Of a DNA stretch of 64,000 nt, positions 8,000-17,508 are shown one piece after another. The stretch is from Patescibacteria group bacterium (GTDB lineage Bacteria > Patescibacteriota > Patescibacteriia > UBA1558 > GWA2-36-10), in NCBI GenBank assembly GCA_028718865.1, contig JAQUKX010000003.1, positions 33,214-97,213 on the forward strand. The letters run 5' to 3'. Below the pieces are notes generated by a model, which did no database searches, had not been told where the DNA came from, and saw nothing but the letters and a program-made list of their open reading frames with translations. A program made the position numbers and the translations under genes. Position 1 is the stretch's first letter. Each line of letters opens with the position of its first letter.

Positions 8000-8953
8000 A
8001 TGGAAAATCAGCTTTATGATGTAGTGATAGTCGGCGGTGGACCAGCCGGACTGACATCTGCTATTTATACTTCTCGCCGAGCAATGAAAACTTTGGTAAT
8101 TTCTCGGGACATTGGTGGTCAACTTTCTTTGACCGATGATGTGGAGAATTATCCTGGTTTTGAATCTATAGGCGGACTGGAACTTTCTCAAAAATTTCAA
8201 GTTCAGGCGGCCAAAACGGGCGTAGAATTTTTGTTTGAAGGAGCGGAAAATATTATCAAAGAAGATAGTGGTTTTTTGCTAGAGACCTCATCGGGCAAAA
8301 AAATAAAAGCCCGCAGTATTATTTTGGCTTTTGGTTTGACGCCACGCTCTTTGGGCGTGCCAGGAGAAAAAGAATTAAGTGGTCGGGGTGTGACTTATTG
8401 TGCTACTTGCGATGGACCGCTTTATCGGGGCAAGGAAGTGGTGGTAGTTGGCGGTGGCAACTCAGCTCTAGATGCGGCTGAGTATATGTCTAAGATTGCC
8501 AAAAAAGTTTATATGCTAGCTCGAGGGGAACTTTTTCGAGGGGAACAGATTTTGGTAGATCAGGTAAAAACAGCTGCTAATGTGGAAATATTTTTCCGTG
8601 CCAATGTCAAAGAAATAAAAGGCAAAGACAGAGTAGAAGCGGTTGTTTTTAGCGTAGAAGGTCAGGAGGATAAAGAAATTCCAGTGGATGGTATTTTTGT
8701 AGAAATAGGTCATGTGGCCAAAAGCGATTGGCTAGCTGGTCTGGGGGTAGCTCTCAATGAACGCCGAGAAATAATCATCAACAGCGACAATGAAACCAAT
8801 GTCAAAGGAGTGTTTGCGGCTGGTGATATTACCGAAGTTAGTTATAAGCAGGCAGTTATTTCTGCTGGCGAGGGCTGTAAAGCAGCTTTGCAGGCCTATC
8901 GTTATTTACAAGGAGGCAAGCCACTTACGCCAGATTGGACGCCGAAGAAGTAG
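8000..8953 (+). CDS. trxB: Thioredoxin reductase.
   Basis: 317 aa with the VIVGGGPAG FAD motif, the CATCDG redox centre and a GGGNSA NADPH motif. Confidence 0.9.
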   Translation: MENQLYDVVIVGGGPAGLTSAIYTSRRAMKTLVISRDIGGQLSLTDDVENYPGFESIGGLELSQKFQVQAAKTGVEFLFEGAENIIKEDSGFLLETSSGKKIKARSIILAFGLTPRSLGVPGEKELSGRGVTYCATCDGPLYRGKEVVVVGGGNSALDAAEYMSKIAKKVYMLARGELFRGEQILVDQVKTAANVEIFFRANVKEIKGKDRVEAVVFSVEGQEDKEIPVDGIFVEIGHVAKSDWLAGLGVALNERREIIINSDNETNVKGVFAAGDITEVSYKQAVISAGEGCKAALQAYRYLQGGKPLTPDWTPKK

Positions 8954-8990
8954 TTTATGGCTTATGGCTTATGGCTTATGGCTTATGGCT
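8943..8990. repeat. Heptanucleotide tandem repeat (TTATGGC) of about 5-6 units.
   Basis: GTTTATGGCTTATGGCTTATGGCTTATGGCTTATGGCTGTATGG overlapping the trxB stop. Confidence 0.8.
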
Positions 8991-9031
8991 GTATGGTAGA
9001 AATTTATAAAATTTAATTTTAAACTAAAAAT

Positions 9032-10261
9032 ATGAATGCTTACGACAATGCTATTAGGCAGTTGGAAAAAGCCGCTCAGTTAATTGACTTGGATAAAGAT
9101 GTTTTGGCCAAATTGTCTGTTCCGGAAAAAATAATTATGGCTTCTTTGCCTGTGCGCCTAGATGATGGAACGCTCAAGATTTTTCAAGCTTACCGCGTAC
9201 AATATAACAGTGCTCGCGGACCATACAAAGGAGGAATTAGATTTCATCCTCAAGTTGATCTGGATGAAGTCAAAGCTTTGTCTTTTTGGATGACCATAAA
9301 AACAGCAGTAGTAGATTTGCCCTTGGGCGGAGCCAAAGGCGGAGTAGTAGTAGATCCCAAGTCTTTGTCACAAAGCGAAATAGAAAGATTGTCTCGCGCT
9401 TGGGTCAGAGCTTTTCGACCAGTTATTGGTCCAGAAAAAGATATTCCCGCCCCTGATGTTTATACTAATCCGCAAATCATGTCTTGGATGGCGGATGAAT
9501 TTTCTCAGTTGGAAGGCAAGCCTTCTTTGGGAGTAGTCACTGGCAAGCCCTTGGAATATGGTGGCTCTAAAGGACGCGACACAGCCACGGCCACTGGTGG
9601 TTTTCAGGTTTTGATGGAAGCTATAAAACTCAAAGGACTAGATCTCAAAAAAACCAGAGTGGCTATTCAGGGTTTTGGTAATGCCGGTAGTGTGATGGCC
9701 AGTTTACTTTATCAAGCGGGCGCCAAAATAGTAGCTTTGGCTGACTCTCGTTCTCTTATTTATTCTGACCAAGGATTGAATATTGAAAAAGTTTTGGAAC
9801 ACAAAAAACAAAGCGGATCTTTGGCCGGATTTTCTGGGGCTAAAGAAATCAGTCAAGAGGAATTTTTCCAATTGGCAGTAGAAGTGATAGTGCCAGCGGC
9901 TTTGGAAAATCAAATTGATAAAAATAATGCCAAAGATATCAAGGCAAAAATAATTTTGGAACTAGCCAATGGTCCAACTACACCGGAAGCTGATGAGCTT
10001 TTGACCAAACAAGGTGTTTTGGTGGTGCCCGATGTTTTGGCCAATGCCGGCGGAGTAACAGTTTCTTACTTTGAATGGCTACAGAACATTTCCCATAATT
10101 ATTGGAGTGAGGAAGAAGTAGAGGCAGAACTCAAAGAAAGAATGATCCCTAGCTTTGAAGCTGTTTGGCAAATTGCCCAAGAGTATAAAACTGATTTACG
10201 AACCGCTTCTTTTATTCTAGCTTTAAAAAGATTGGAAAAAGCAATTAAAGTCAGAATTTAA
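9032..10261 (+). CDS. gdh: Glutamate dehydrogenase (Glu/Leu/Phe/Val dehydrogenase family).
   Basis: 409 aa with the LPLGGAKGGV catalytic lysine-region motif and a GFGNAG Rossmann motif. Confidence 0.85.
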   Translation: MNAYDNAIRQLEKAAQLIDLDKDVLAKLSVPEKIIMASLPVRLDDGTLKIFQAYRVQYNSARGPYKGGIRFHPQVDLDEVKALSFWMTIKTAVVDLPLGGAKGGVVVDPKSLSQSEIERLSRAWVRAFRPVIGPEKDIPAPDVYTNPQIMSWMADEFSQLEGKPSLGVVTGKPLEYGGSKGRDTATATGGFQVLMEAIKLKGLDLKKTRVAIQGFGNAGSVMASLLYQAGAKIVALADSRSLIYSDQGLNIEKVLEHKKQSGSLAGFSGAKEISQEEFFQLAVEVIVPAALENQIDKNNAKDIKAKIILELANGPTTPEADELLTKQGVLVVPDVLANAGGVTVSYFEWLQNISHNYWSEEEVEAELKERMIPSFEAVWQIAQEYKTDLRTASFILALKRLEKAIKVRI

Positions 10262-10339
10262 AAACAAAATATAAATATAAATAAAGCGCCGAATTTTTTC
10301 GGTGTTTTATTTTTACTCAAAAAGGTATAAGATAAGTCT

Positions 10340-10915
10340 ATGGCTAGAAAATGTATCATGGGCATAGATGAAGTTGGTCGTGGATCTTTAGCCGGACCAA
10401 TAGTAGCGGTTGCTTTGTTTTCTCAAGGCCTTCCCCGGGAAAAAGAGATTTTGGCTCAGCTAAAAGAATCAAAGTCTTTGACAGTTGCCAAAAGAGAATT
10501 TTTCTTTGCGCAAATTGTCGGCACTTTTCTTTGGTCAGTCAGTGTTTTGGATAATCAATTTATTGATCGCTATGGAATTCAAAAAGCTAATTTATTGGTT
10601 TTTCAGGAAGCCAGTGAAAAATTATTAAAAGAAATTGATCGACCAGTTGAGATTTTGGCTGACTACGTTGGTGGCGCTAGTGATTATTTACGTCAGATGT
10701 CTTTTTTTAAAAAAGGGGACAAGCAGTTTGCTGAGATTGCGGCTGCTTCTATTATTGCCAAAGTGTATAGAGATAATTTGATGGAGGAGGCTAGTCGGAT
10801 TTTTCCCTTGTATAATTTTGCCAGTAATAAAGGCTATGGAACTAAAGCACACTATAAAAAAATTTATCAATTTGGTTTATCTCCTTTACATAGAAAAAGT
10901 TTTATAAAAATTTAG
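10340..10915 (+). CDS. rnhB: Ribonuclease HII.
   Basis: 191 aa; the N-terminal MGIDEVGRGSLAGPIV motif is typical of RNase HII. Confidence 0.8.
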   Translation: MARKCIMGIDEVGRGSLAGPIVAVALFSQGLPREKEILAQLKESKSLTVAKREFFFAQIVGTFLWSVSVLDNQFIDRYGIQKANLLVFQEASEKLLKEIDRPVEILADYVGGASDYLRQMSFFKKGDKQFAEIAAASIIAKVYRDNLMEEASRIFPLYNFASNKGYGTKAHYKKIYQFGLSPLHRKSFIKI

Positions 10916-10955
10916 CCCCTGCTTTTGAGCAGAGGCTAGGATCTCGTGAAGGAAC

Positions 10956-11294
10956 TTAGCTGTTGTTGTTTAGGGAGCGAGGCTCCACAGCGCGGCCTTC
11001 ATTTAAGGCTCTTATGATTCCCTGGACCATGCCTTGGGATATGCCACGATCCAGATAGACGACAGTGGCCGTAGCTTTTTGGCCCCAGGCCAGCCCGGCT
11101 TCTATACCTAATCTTCTTTGTTCGGGCACAGTGTCGTCCAACACGCCCTCTTGAGTATAGAGTAGGTGAGAAGCAAAGGGTGCCTCGCCTCTCTTAAGAC
11201 AGTCAAGCAGGCAGGCGCGAGCGTATTGAATGTTGGTCGCCACTTCTTCAGGTGTACCAGCGAAAGGGCTTTCTATGATGACTAAACGTATCAT
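10956..11294 (-). CDS. Hypothetical protein with elevated GC (~52%), possibly horizontally acquired.
   Basis: Starts at MIRLVIIESPFAG, directly preceded by an AAGGAGGAG SD. The track ORF extends to 11354 without a good RBS. Function is unknown. Confidence 0.5.
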   Translation of the reverse strand: MIRLVIIESPFAGTPEEVATNIQYARACLLDCLKRGEAPFASHLLYTQEGVLDDTVPEQRRLGIEAGLAWGQKATATVVYLDRGISQGMVQGIIRALNEGRAVEPRSLNNNS

Positions 11295-11493
11295 GAGGAA
11301 CTCCTCCTTTGGTTTTGGCCTTGGATATTTGAGACAACTAATATTTATTAACATATAAAAAACATTTAGGCAAGCTATTGGTGGAAAGGCCTAGTTTGTA
11401 TTAATGTTGTTTTTCTATTTTTCATCGCCGCAGTTTTCTCAGAAATTTATTTTAAGAGCCGTCTCATTTTCATTATCCACAGACGGCTTTATT

Positions 11494-11600
11494 GACAGCG
11501 TTTTTGGTAGTGCTATTATTATCTTGAAGACAAGAGACGCCGTGTAACAACCCGACGGCTCTAACAAAAGCCCCCCACGTTAGTAGGGGGCTTTTGCGAA
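11494..11600 (+). ncRNA. Candidate small transcript: TTGACA-N17-TATTAT promoter followed by a hairpin and an intrinsic terminator.
   Basis: TTGACAGCGTTTTTGGTAGTGCTATTATTAT, then GACGCCGTGTAACAACCCGACGGC, then AAGCCCCCCACGTTAGTAGGGGGCTTTTG. There is no ORF. It precedes a repeated GAAGAAAAGCGATTTTGAGA motif. Confidence 0.3.
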
Positions 11601-11732
11601 GAAAAGCGATTTTGAGAGCTAACTAGGTTAGTCTCATTTGATAGAATAATACAAAGGCGTTGTTCTGTCAAGATTAATTAATTAATTTTTCTCTGAGAAG
11701 AACAGGGAAAAAAAGAAAGGAAAGCGATTTGT

Positions 11733-12143
11733 ATGGATTTAAACAAAGTAAGCCTGATAGGCAATTTGACAGCTGATCCGCTGCCCAAAACATTGCCTTC
11801 AGGTCAGAGTCTGGCATCTTTTAGCATTGCCACCAATTATACTTGGCGCGATGCCCAGAGCAAAGAAAAAAAATCTCGGGCTGATTTTCACAAAGTAGTG
11901 GCTTGGGGACGGCTAGCGGAAATCATTACTGTTTATTTGAAAAAAGGATCAAAAGTTTTTTTGGAAGGCCGTTTGCAAAACAGAAGCTGGGAGGATAAAG
12001 AAGGTAAAAAGCGTTATACTACGGAAATTGTCGCCTCTGATCTGATAATGCTCGGTGGTAGTCACAAAAAAGAAGTCAAAGGGGATGAAAATGCCAAAGA
12101 GGATGTAGACATGGAAGAAATTCAAATAGAAGAAGAGGATTAG
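11733..12143 (+). CDS. ssb: Single-stranded DNA-binding protein.
   Basis: 136 aa with an OB-fold N-terminus (KVSLIGNLTADP...FHKVVAWGRLAE...) and an acidic C-terminal tail (DMEEIQIEEED). Confidence 0.8.
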   Translation: MDLNKVSLIGNLTADPLPKTLPSGQSLASFSIATNYTWRDAQSKEKKSRADFHKVVAWGRLAEIITVYLKKGSKVFLEGRLQNRSWEDKEGKKRYTTEIVASDLIMLGGSHKKEVKGDENAKEDVDMEEIQIEEED

Positions 12144-12383
12144 AGAGTTAATCAAAAGATAATTATTATCTTAGGCCAAGGCCTGAAGTTTGCCTGTATC
12201 TTCAGGCCTTGCCCAAGTGAATAATCTCAGAAGAAAAGCGATTTTTGAGACTTGGTTCACTGGTTGGTCTTTTTGATTGGGCAAAAAGATTGGCCGTTTG
12301 GTTCTTTAGCATCAAGCAAAGGAGGAGTAAGGCGATTTTTTCTCCCAAAAAACCAGAAACTTTCTTTTTCCAAGGAGAAAGCC

Positions 12384-13112
12384 ATGAAAGGCAAAGCGTT
12401 TCTTTTGGTTCTGCTGATTGCTGTCGGAGCAGCCCTGTGGCTGGCCGGCTGTGATCATCAGGAGGCCGGTCCAGTAGCGCCGGTGGCAGTGGAGCAGTCG
12501 GAAATTCTGCCCGATGAAAGCGAGGCTTTCAGCGAGCTGAACATTTCGGCCGAAGAAGTCAATGCAGCTGGGCAACTGGCTTATCAGGAGCAGGTCAGGG
12601 AAAACGGCGAGAAAAACGCCTGCGTTTCCGTGTATTTGCCCTATGTCAGTCAGCTGGACAGTCGCTGGAAAAACCAGTCTTTGGGCTACAACTACAATGG
12701 CACTTCTACGATAGGCAACCAGGGTTGCTATCTGACCTGTCTGGTGATGCTCTACCAGAAGTGGGGTTATTCTTCTATGACCCCGCCGGTGCTCAACAAC
12801 TGGTCCTACCAAGGGCAGGCGCATTACGCCTTTTCCACTTCCGGAAACGGCGATCTTATCTACTACCCTCAGGCCTTGCAGTACGGCTATATGAGCCGGC
12901 CCACTCGTTTTATCAGTAGTTACAATCTGATTTATAACGAGTTGGCAGCTGGTAGGCCGGTGGTCGCTCAGATTCGGACTGCAACTATGCCTAGCCACTT
13001 TGTGGTTATCTACGCCTTCAACGGCACCAGCTATTTAGTGCGCGATCCTTTGGGTCAGAGTAGTCGGCCTTTGTACGGCACTATTGTCTCCTTGCGAGTC
13101 CATGGTGTCTAA
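12384..13112 (+). CDS. Lipoprotein with a papain-like (C39-like) cysteine-peptidase domain; GC-rich (~55%).
   Basis: MKGKAFLLVLLIAVGAALWLAGC lipobox; Cys in GNQGCYLTC and His in PSHFVVIY, consistent with a C39-like peptidase. The track start at 12252 is upstream of the SD (AAGGAGAAAGCC-ATG), so 12384 is the more likely start. The antisense ORF 12312..12998 is spurious. Confidence 0.55.
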   Translation: MKGKAFLLVLLIAVGAALWLAGCDHQEAGPVAPVAVEQSEILPDESEAFSELNISAEEVNAAGQLAYQEQVRENGEKNACVSVYLPYVSQLDSRWKNQSLGYNYNGTSTIGNQGCYLTCLVMLYQKWGYSSMTPPVLNNWSYQGQAHYAFSTSGNGDLIYYPQALQYGYMSRPTRFISSYNLIYNELAAGRPVVAQIRTATMPSHFVVIYAFNGTSYLVRDPLGQSSRPLYGTIVSLRVHGV

Positions 13113-13195
13113 GGCCAAAGGGCGGGTTATGGTTATAACCCGCCCGAACATTCTTGTTTTATTTGTGATATAATTTGGTAGTCAGAACTTAGAAT

Positions 13196-14266
13196 ATGTT
13201 AAATAAAAAAATAGTAATTATCATTTTGTTTTTAGTGCTTATAGTATTAGCTTATTTTTTATTTAGCAAAATTGAAAACCAAAAAATAGACTCCGGACCT
13301 TATTTTTTGGTTTTGTGGGATGTTAGAGAAGAGTCTTATTTTGATAATATCCATCCTTCTTATCGTTTAGACAAATGCAGTTTGGATAATTGTGAAAAAA
13401 TAGATATTTTTCAGACGGATCATTTTTTGGAGAAAATACTTAGAGAAGGAACTAATTTGTTTTTTATTCGCGGTGATAAAGTCATTAAAAGAAACTTTGT
13501 TGATAAAATGGAGATAGTTGTTTACCAGATGTCTTCCGGTCATAGGATTGTTGGCCCTCTACATAAAAATGGTCAGTATTTGGCTTGGGAGTCAGTAGAT
13601 AATTTGATTGACCCAGCAAGTAGATTTATAAATATTTTTGATCTAGAGAATAACTCTCATCATTTGTTGGATTTGGATTATATAAGCGTTGATGAGCAGG
13701 TTATTTTATATTTGGATAACCAGGGTCAGGTAGATACTTTAATTTTGGAAATTAAAAATGATATTCAGGAGTCAGAACTGCATTTTAGTTATTATGATTA
13801 TTCTCAAAGGGGAAAATACCCCTTAGTAGCCAACACTCATCATCTATTTGGGGTGATAAAAAAAGAGGATAAAATATTATTTCCGGAAAAAGAAGGGATT
13901 TTTTCTCTGGATATAAAAAGCGAGCAAAAAGAACCTGTTTATCTGGTTCCGGAGAATAACTGTTATTTTTCTTCTATGTCTGACAACGGTCAGTGGCTAG
14001 CGGAAAAAAATTATTTGTCTGGCGAGGAAGCGGCTAATCTTTATTTGGTGAATTTGAAAAGCGGAGATAAATATTGGCTGGAAAAACAAAATGCTAATTG
14101 CTCTTATTATCATGGGTATTGGCCGGATAATCAATACTATTTGGAAAAAAGAATTGGTTATTATTTTTTACTGGATTTAAATAATTGGCGGATTTATAAG
14201 CCTAATTGGCCCCAGTCAGATTATTTGTTGCTTGACTTGGAGCCTTACCCAAAAAATTATGAATAA
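13196..14266 (+). CDS. Hypothetical membrane-anchored protein.
   Basis: 356 aa with an N-terminal TM segment (IVIIILFLVLIVLAYFLF); rich in W/Y; no recognisable motif. Confidence 0.5.
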   Translation: MLNKKIVIIILFLVLIVLAYFLFSKIENQKIDSGPYFLVLWDVREESYFDNIHPSYRLDKCSLDNCEKIDIFQTDHFLEKILREGTNLFFIRGDKVIKRNFVDKMEIVVYQMSSGHRIVGPLHKNGQYLAWESVDNLIDPASRFINIFDLENNSHHLLDLDYISVDEQVILYLDNQGQVDTLILEIKNDIQESELHFSYYDYSQRGKYPLVANTHHLFGVIKKEDKILFPEKEGIFSLDIKSEQKEPVYLVPENNCYFSSMSDNGQWLAEKNYLSGEEAANLYLVNLKSGDKYWLEKQNANCSYYHGYWPDNQYYLEKRIGYYFLLDLNNWRIYKPNWPQSDYLLLDLEPYPKNYE

Positions 14267-14759
14267 CAAAATAAAAACAAGTTTAGTAATTTTTAGCTCG
14301 ATTTTTTTGATTGCTTTTTCCGTTTTTTTCATATTTAAGGAAAAAGACCAGGAAGCTTTGGTCAAAGTAGAAAATTTTGATTTATATCAAGAGATGCTTG
14401 ATCCAGAGGAAAAAAACTTGAATGCTGATTGCGCTAATGAGGAATTCAATCAATTGAGGAAATTGACCGAGCTTGGTCAAATGAAAAAGCTGGTATTGGT
14501 CGGAGGCTTGGAAATAAGAATTACTCCCAATTATTATAATTGGAATAATGAAAAATTTTTAAGCTTTAACGATCCTGAATCAGGCGCTTTTTGCGGAGAG
14601 GGCGGATTTTTTCCTTTATACGCTGATAGAGAAAATCTCTGGTGGATACAAAGCTGTAGCAGTGGTTATAGGCCAAATGAAGATGATATAAATTATCAGG
14701 ACTTTATTAATTGTCAGGAGTCTGAGAAAATTGTCCTAGATTATTTTGCCAAAAAATAA
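14232..14759 (+). CDS. Hypothetical membrane-anchored protein.
   Basis: 175 aa with an N-terminal TM; overlaps the upstream gene (operon-like). Confidence 0.5.
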   Translation: MTWSLTQKIMNNKIKTSLVIFSSIFLIAFSVFFIFKEKDQEALVKVENFDLYQEMLDPEEKNLNADCANEEFNQLRKLTELGQMKKLVLVGGLEIRITPNYYNWNNEKFLSFNDPESGAFCGEGGFFPLYADRENLWWIQSCSSGYRPNEDDINYQDFINCQESEKIVLDYFAKK

Positions 14760-14784
14760 TTTAAATAATTTTTAAAAACTTAAT

Positions 14785-17322
14785 ATGGGAAGAAAAGCGA
14801 TCGTCTATTTTGGCTTGTTTGGATTTTTTCTACTGGCCAATATAATTTTTTTAAACAAAGTCAGCGCTCTAGAGAGTGACTTACTTTTTTCTGAAATAAT
14901 GTATGATGTCCCTGGCAGTGACAGCGGTCAGGAATGGGTAGAGGTCTATAATGCTGGCCAGGAAGAAATAATTGTCACCAGTAGCTGGCGTTTTTTTGAC
15001 AGCGCCAAACACATTCTCAATTTGGTTCAAGGAACTAGCACCATTGCCTCAGGCGAATTTTTTATTTTAGCGGACAATACTACTAATTTTTTAGTAGCTT
15101 ATCCTGACTATTCAGGCACGCTGTTTGATACAGTAATTAGTCTGCCCAATACCAGTTCTACTATTTATTTGAGCTTTGACAGCGGCGCAACTTATCCAAT
15201 TGAGGCTAGTTACAATTCTGCTTGGGGAGGGTCTGGCAATGGTTATTCTCTGGAAAAAGTGATTTTGAGCCAAGATAGCAGTCAAAGCAACTGGCAGGAG
15301 AGCAGTATTTTAGGCGGTACGCCGGGCTGGCCTAATAGTGAGCCAAGTAATGACCCGCCCGATGAGGAAGATCCACCAGAAGACGATAATCCGTCCGATG
15401 ATTTGCCTGATCAGAATATTCAAGCCAGCTGGGCTCAGATTATAATTTCTGAATTTTTACCCAATCCGGTGGGCAGTGATGACTATGAATGGATAGAGCT
15501 CTACAATCGCGGCCCTTTAGCTGTGGATTTGATCGGTTTTGGGCTGAGTGATGACACAACTCGGGTTTTTATATTAGCTCCTAGCAATGTAGAAAATATA
15601 ATTTTAGAGCCCTATCAATTTATTGTTTTCTATCGGCAAACTACTAAAATAGCTTTGAATAATTCCGGCGGCGATTCAGTCCAGCTTTATGATCCTTTGG
15701 GCAATATTTTGGAAATAGTTGAGTATAGAGAAAGCGCGCCTGAAGGCAAAAGCTATGGGCGGGAAAATAATCAGTTTTTTTGGACCAAAATACTTACTCC
15801 TGGACAAGCCAATCAAATCAGTCGCAACCAAAATCCAATAGCGCAAATCGCAGTGAGCGGAGAAAAGTTTGTTGTGGGAGAAAAAATAGAATTTTCCGCC
15901 ACTGGCTCTTCTGATCCCGAAGGCGATGAGCTTGATTATCAGTGGGATTTTGGCGATAGCGGCAAAAGCACCAAGGAAATCATCAAATACGCCTATAAGC
16001 AGGCCGGTGCTTATACTGTTATTTTGACAGTCAAAGACAGCGAGGGCGGCACAGGTGAGACCCGCTACAGCTTAAACATCAAAGTTGAAGAAAAAGCAGA
16101 TAGCGCCAAAGATGAAGGCAAAAAAGCCAGTGAGAGCAAAATTATTTTTGAGCCGGATTTTAACGTAGATGATTTTTTTATTTCCGAATTTTTGCCCAAT
16201 CCAATCGGTAGCGATGATTATGAATGGATAGAGCTCTATAACGCTTCCAATAAAGAGATTGATCTTTTTCTCTGGCAGGTAGATGATATAGAAGGCGGTA
16301 GCAAGCCTTATGTTTTTTCCACTAGCACTATTTTGGCTGGCAATTCTTTTTTAATTTTAGAGCGTCAAATTAGTAAAATCGCTCTCAATAATGATAGTGA
16401 TTCAGTTCGTCTTTTGACGCCAGTTGGCGATCTTTGGCAGGAAGTAAAATATGAAAAAATTCCCGAAGGCAAATCCTATGCTTGGGATCTGGAAAATAAA
16501 GAATGGCGAGTGCTTGATGAGCCTAGTCCGGGCCAGGCTAATTATTTTTTGGTACTGATTGACCAAGCATCGGCTGTTTTGGCCGGCTTTGAGCTGGCGG
16601 CTATGGCCAAAAACTCTTCGGTGCAAATAGAAGGCGTGGTTTTACGCGATTATATTAAAGGAGAAAGCAGTCTTTATCTGGCGGATTATTCCCAAGGCCA
16701 GCCGGACTTTGAAGAGCTGATAGAAGTATATTGCTATTACAAGGATTTTCCTGCGTTGCAAGCTGGCCAAGTGGTCTTGGTCAGCGGCCAGCTCACCAGA
16801 AATGAGGCTATTGTCAGAGTAAAAATAAAAAACCAAAGCGATATTACTCTAAGTGGCAAAAAAATTAATTTGGCGCCATCGGATTTGCTGCTGGTTGAGG
16901 ATTTAGACAGCGGCCAGCTCAACTCTTTTGTTAGTGTCAAAGGCTTGGTAGTGAAAAAATCCGGTAAAAATATTTATTTGGCTAGCCAGGCCGGCGGCGA
17001 TTATCTGGTTAGGGTTTATGCCAAATACGGCTGGGGTGATTGGGAAATAAAAAAAGGCCTGACCATTGTTGCCTCGGGCATTTTAACCGAGCTAGACAAT
17101 GCTTTTAAGCTCAGTCCTTTATCTGATAAAGACATTGCTTTGGCAGAAGAAGTTTTGGGCGAAAAAATAGAGGAGGATATTGCGGTTTTAGAAAACAGCC
17201 GGGTTTTTGAATCTAGTCAGCCAGCTGGAGCAAAGAAAAAAGTTTGGATTTTTGTTTTAGGCGGGGCAGGTTTATTGGCTGGAGTTTATTTTTTTAAAAA
17301 AAGAAAAACAGAAGTTGAGTAA
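14785..17322 (+). CDS. Large surface protein with three lamin-tail-domain (LTD) repeats, a PKD domain and a C-terminal membrane anchor.
   Basis: Three repeats of the form FSEIMYDVPGSDSGQEWVEVYN and ISEFLPNPVGSDDYEWIELYN; a PKD-like segment DPEGDELDYQWDFGDSG...YTVILTVKDSEGG; signal peptide; C-terminal VWIFVLGGAGLLAGVYFFKKRK. Confidence 0.65.
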   Translation: MGRKAIVYFGLFGFFLLANIIFLNKVSALESDLLFSEIMYDVPGSDSGQEWVEVYNAGQEEIIVTSSWRFFDSAKHILNLVQGTSTIASGEFFILADNTTNFLVAYPDYSGTLFDTVISLPNTSSTIYLSFDSGATYPIEASYNSAWGGSGNGYSLEKVILSQDSSQSNWQESSILGGTPGWPNSEPSNDPPDEEDPPEDDNPSDDLPDQNIQASWAQIIISEFLPNPVGSDDYEWIELYNRGPLAVDLIGFGLSDDTTRVFILAPSNVENIILEPYQFIVFYRQTTKIALNNSGGDSVQLYDPLGNILEIVEYRESAPEGKSYGRENNQFFWTKILTPGQANQISRNQNPIAQIAVSGEKFVVGEKIEFSATGSSDPEGDELDYQWDFGDSGKSTKEIIKYAYKQAGAYTVILTVKDSEGGTGETRYSLNIKVEEKADSAKDEGKKASESKIIFEPDFNVDDFFISEFLPNPIGSDDYEWIELYNASNKEIDLFLWQVDDIEGGSKPYVFSTSTILAGNSFLILERQISKIALNNDSDSVRLLTPVGDLWQEVKYEKIPEGKSYAWDLENKEWRVLDEPSPGQANYFLVLIDQASAVLAGFELAAMAKNSSVQIEGVVLRDYIKGESSLYLADYSQGQPDFEELIEVYCYYKDFPALQAGQVVLVSGQLTRNEAIVRVKIKNQSDITLSGKKINLAPSDLLLVEDLDSGQLNSFVSVKGLVVKKSGKNIYLASQAGGDYLVRVYAKYGWGDWEIKKGLTIVASGILTELDNAFKLSPLSDKDIALAEEVLGEKIEEDIAVLENSRVFESSQPAGAKKKVWIFVLGGAGLLAGVYFFKKRKTEVE

Positions 17323-17508
17323 GGAGCAAAACAAAATTTAAATATTTTTATTTATACTAAGCTATTTCCAATAAAATTACGGTGCCTATTCCTAGAATTA
17401 TACCAGCTATTTGTACAGGCGATAGAGTTTCTTTGAAATAAAACCAGCTGACAATAGATCGTGACCAGTCTTCTTGGTGCCTCTCAAGGTTAATTTGTAG
17501 AGGCTTTT

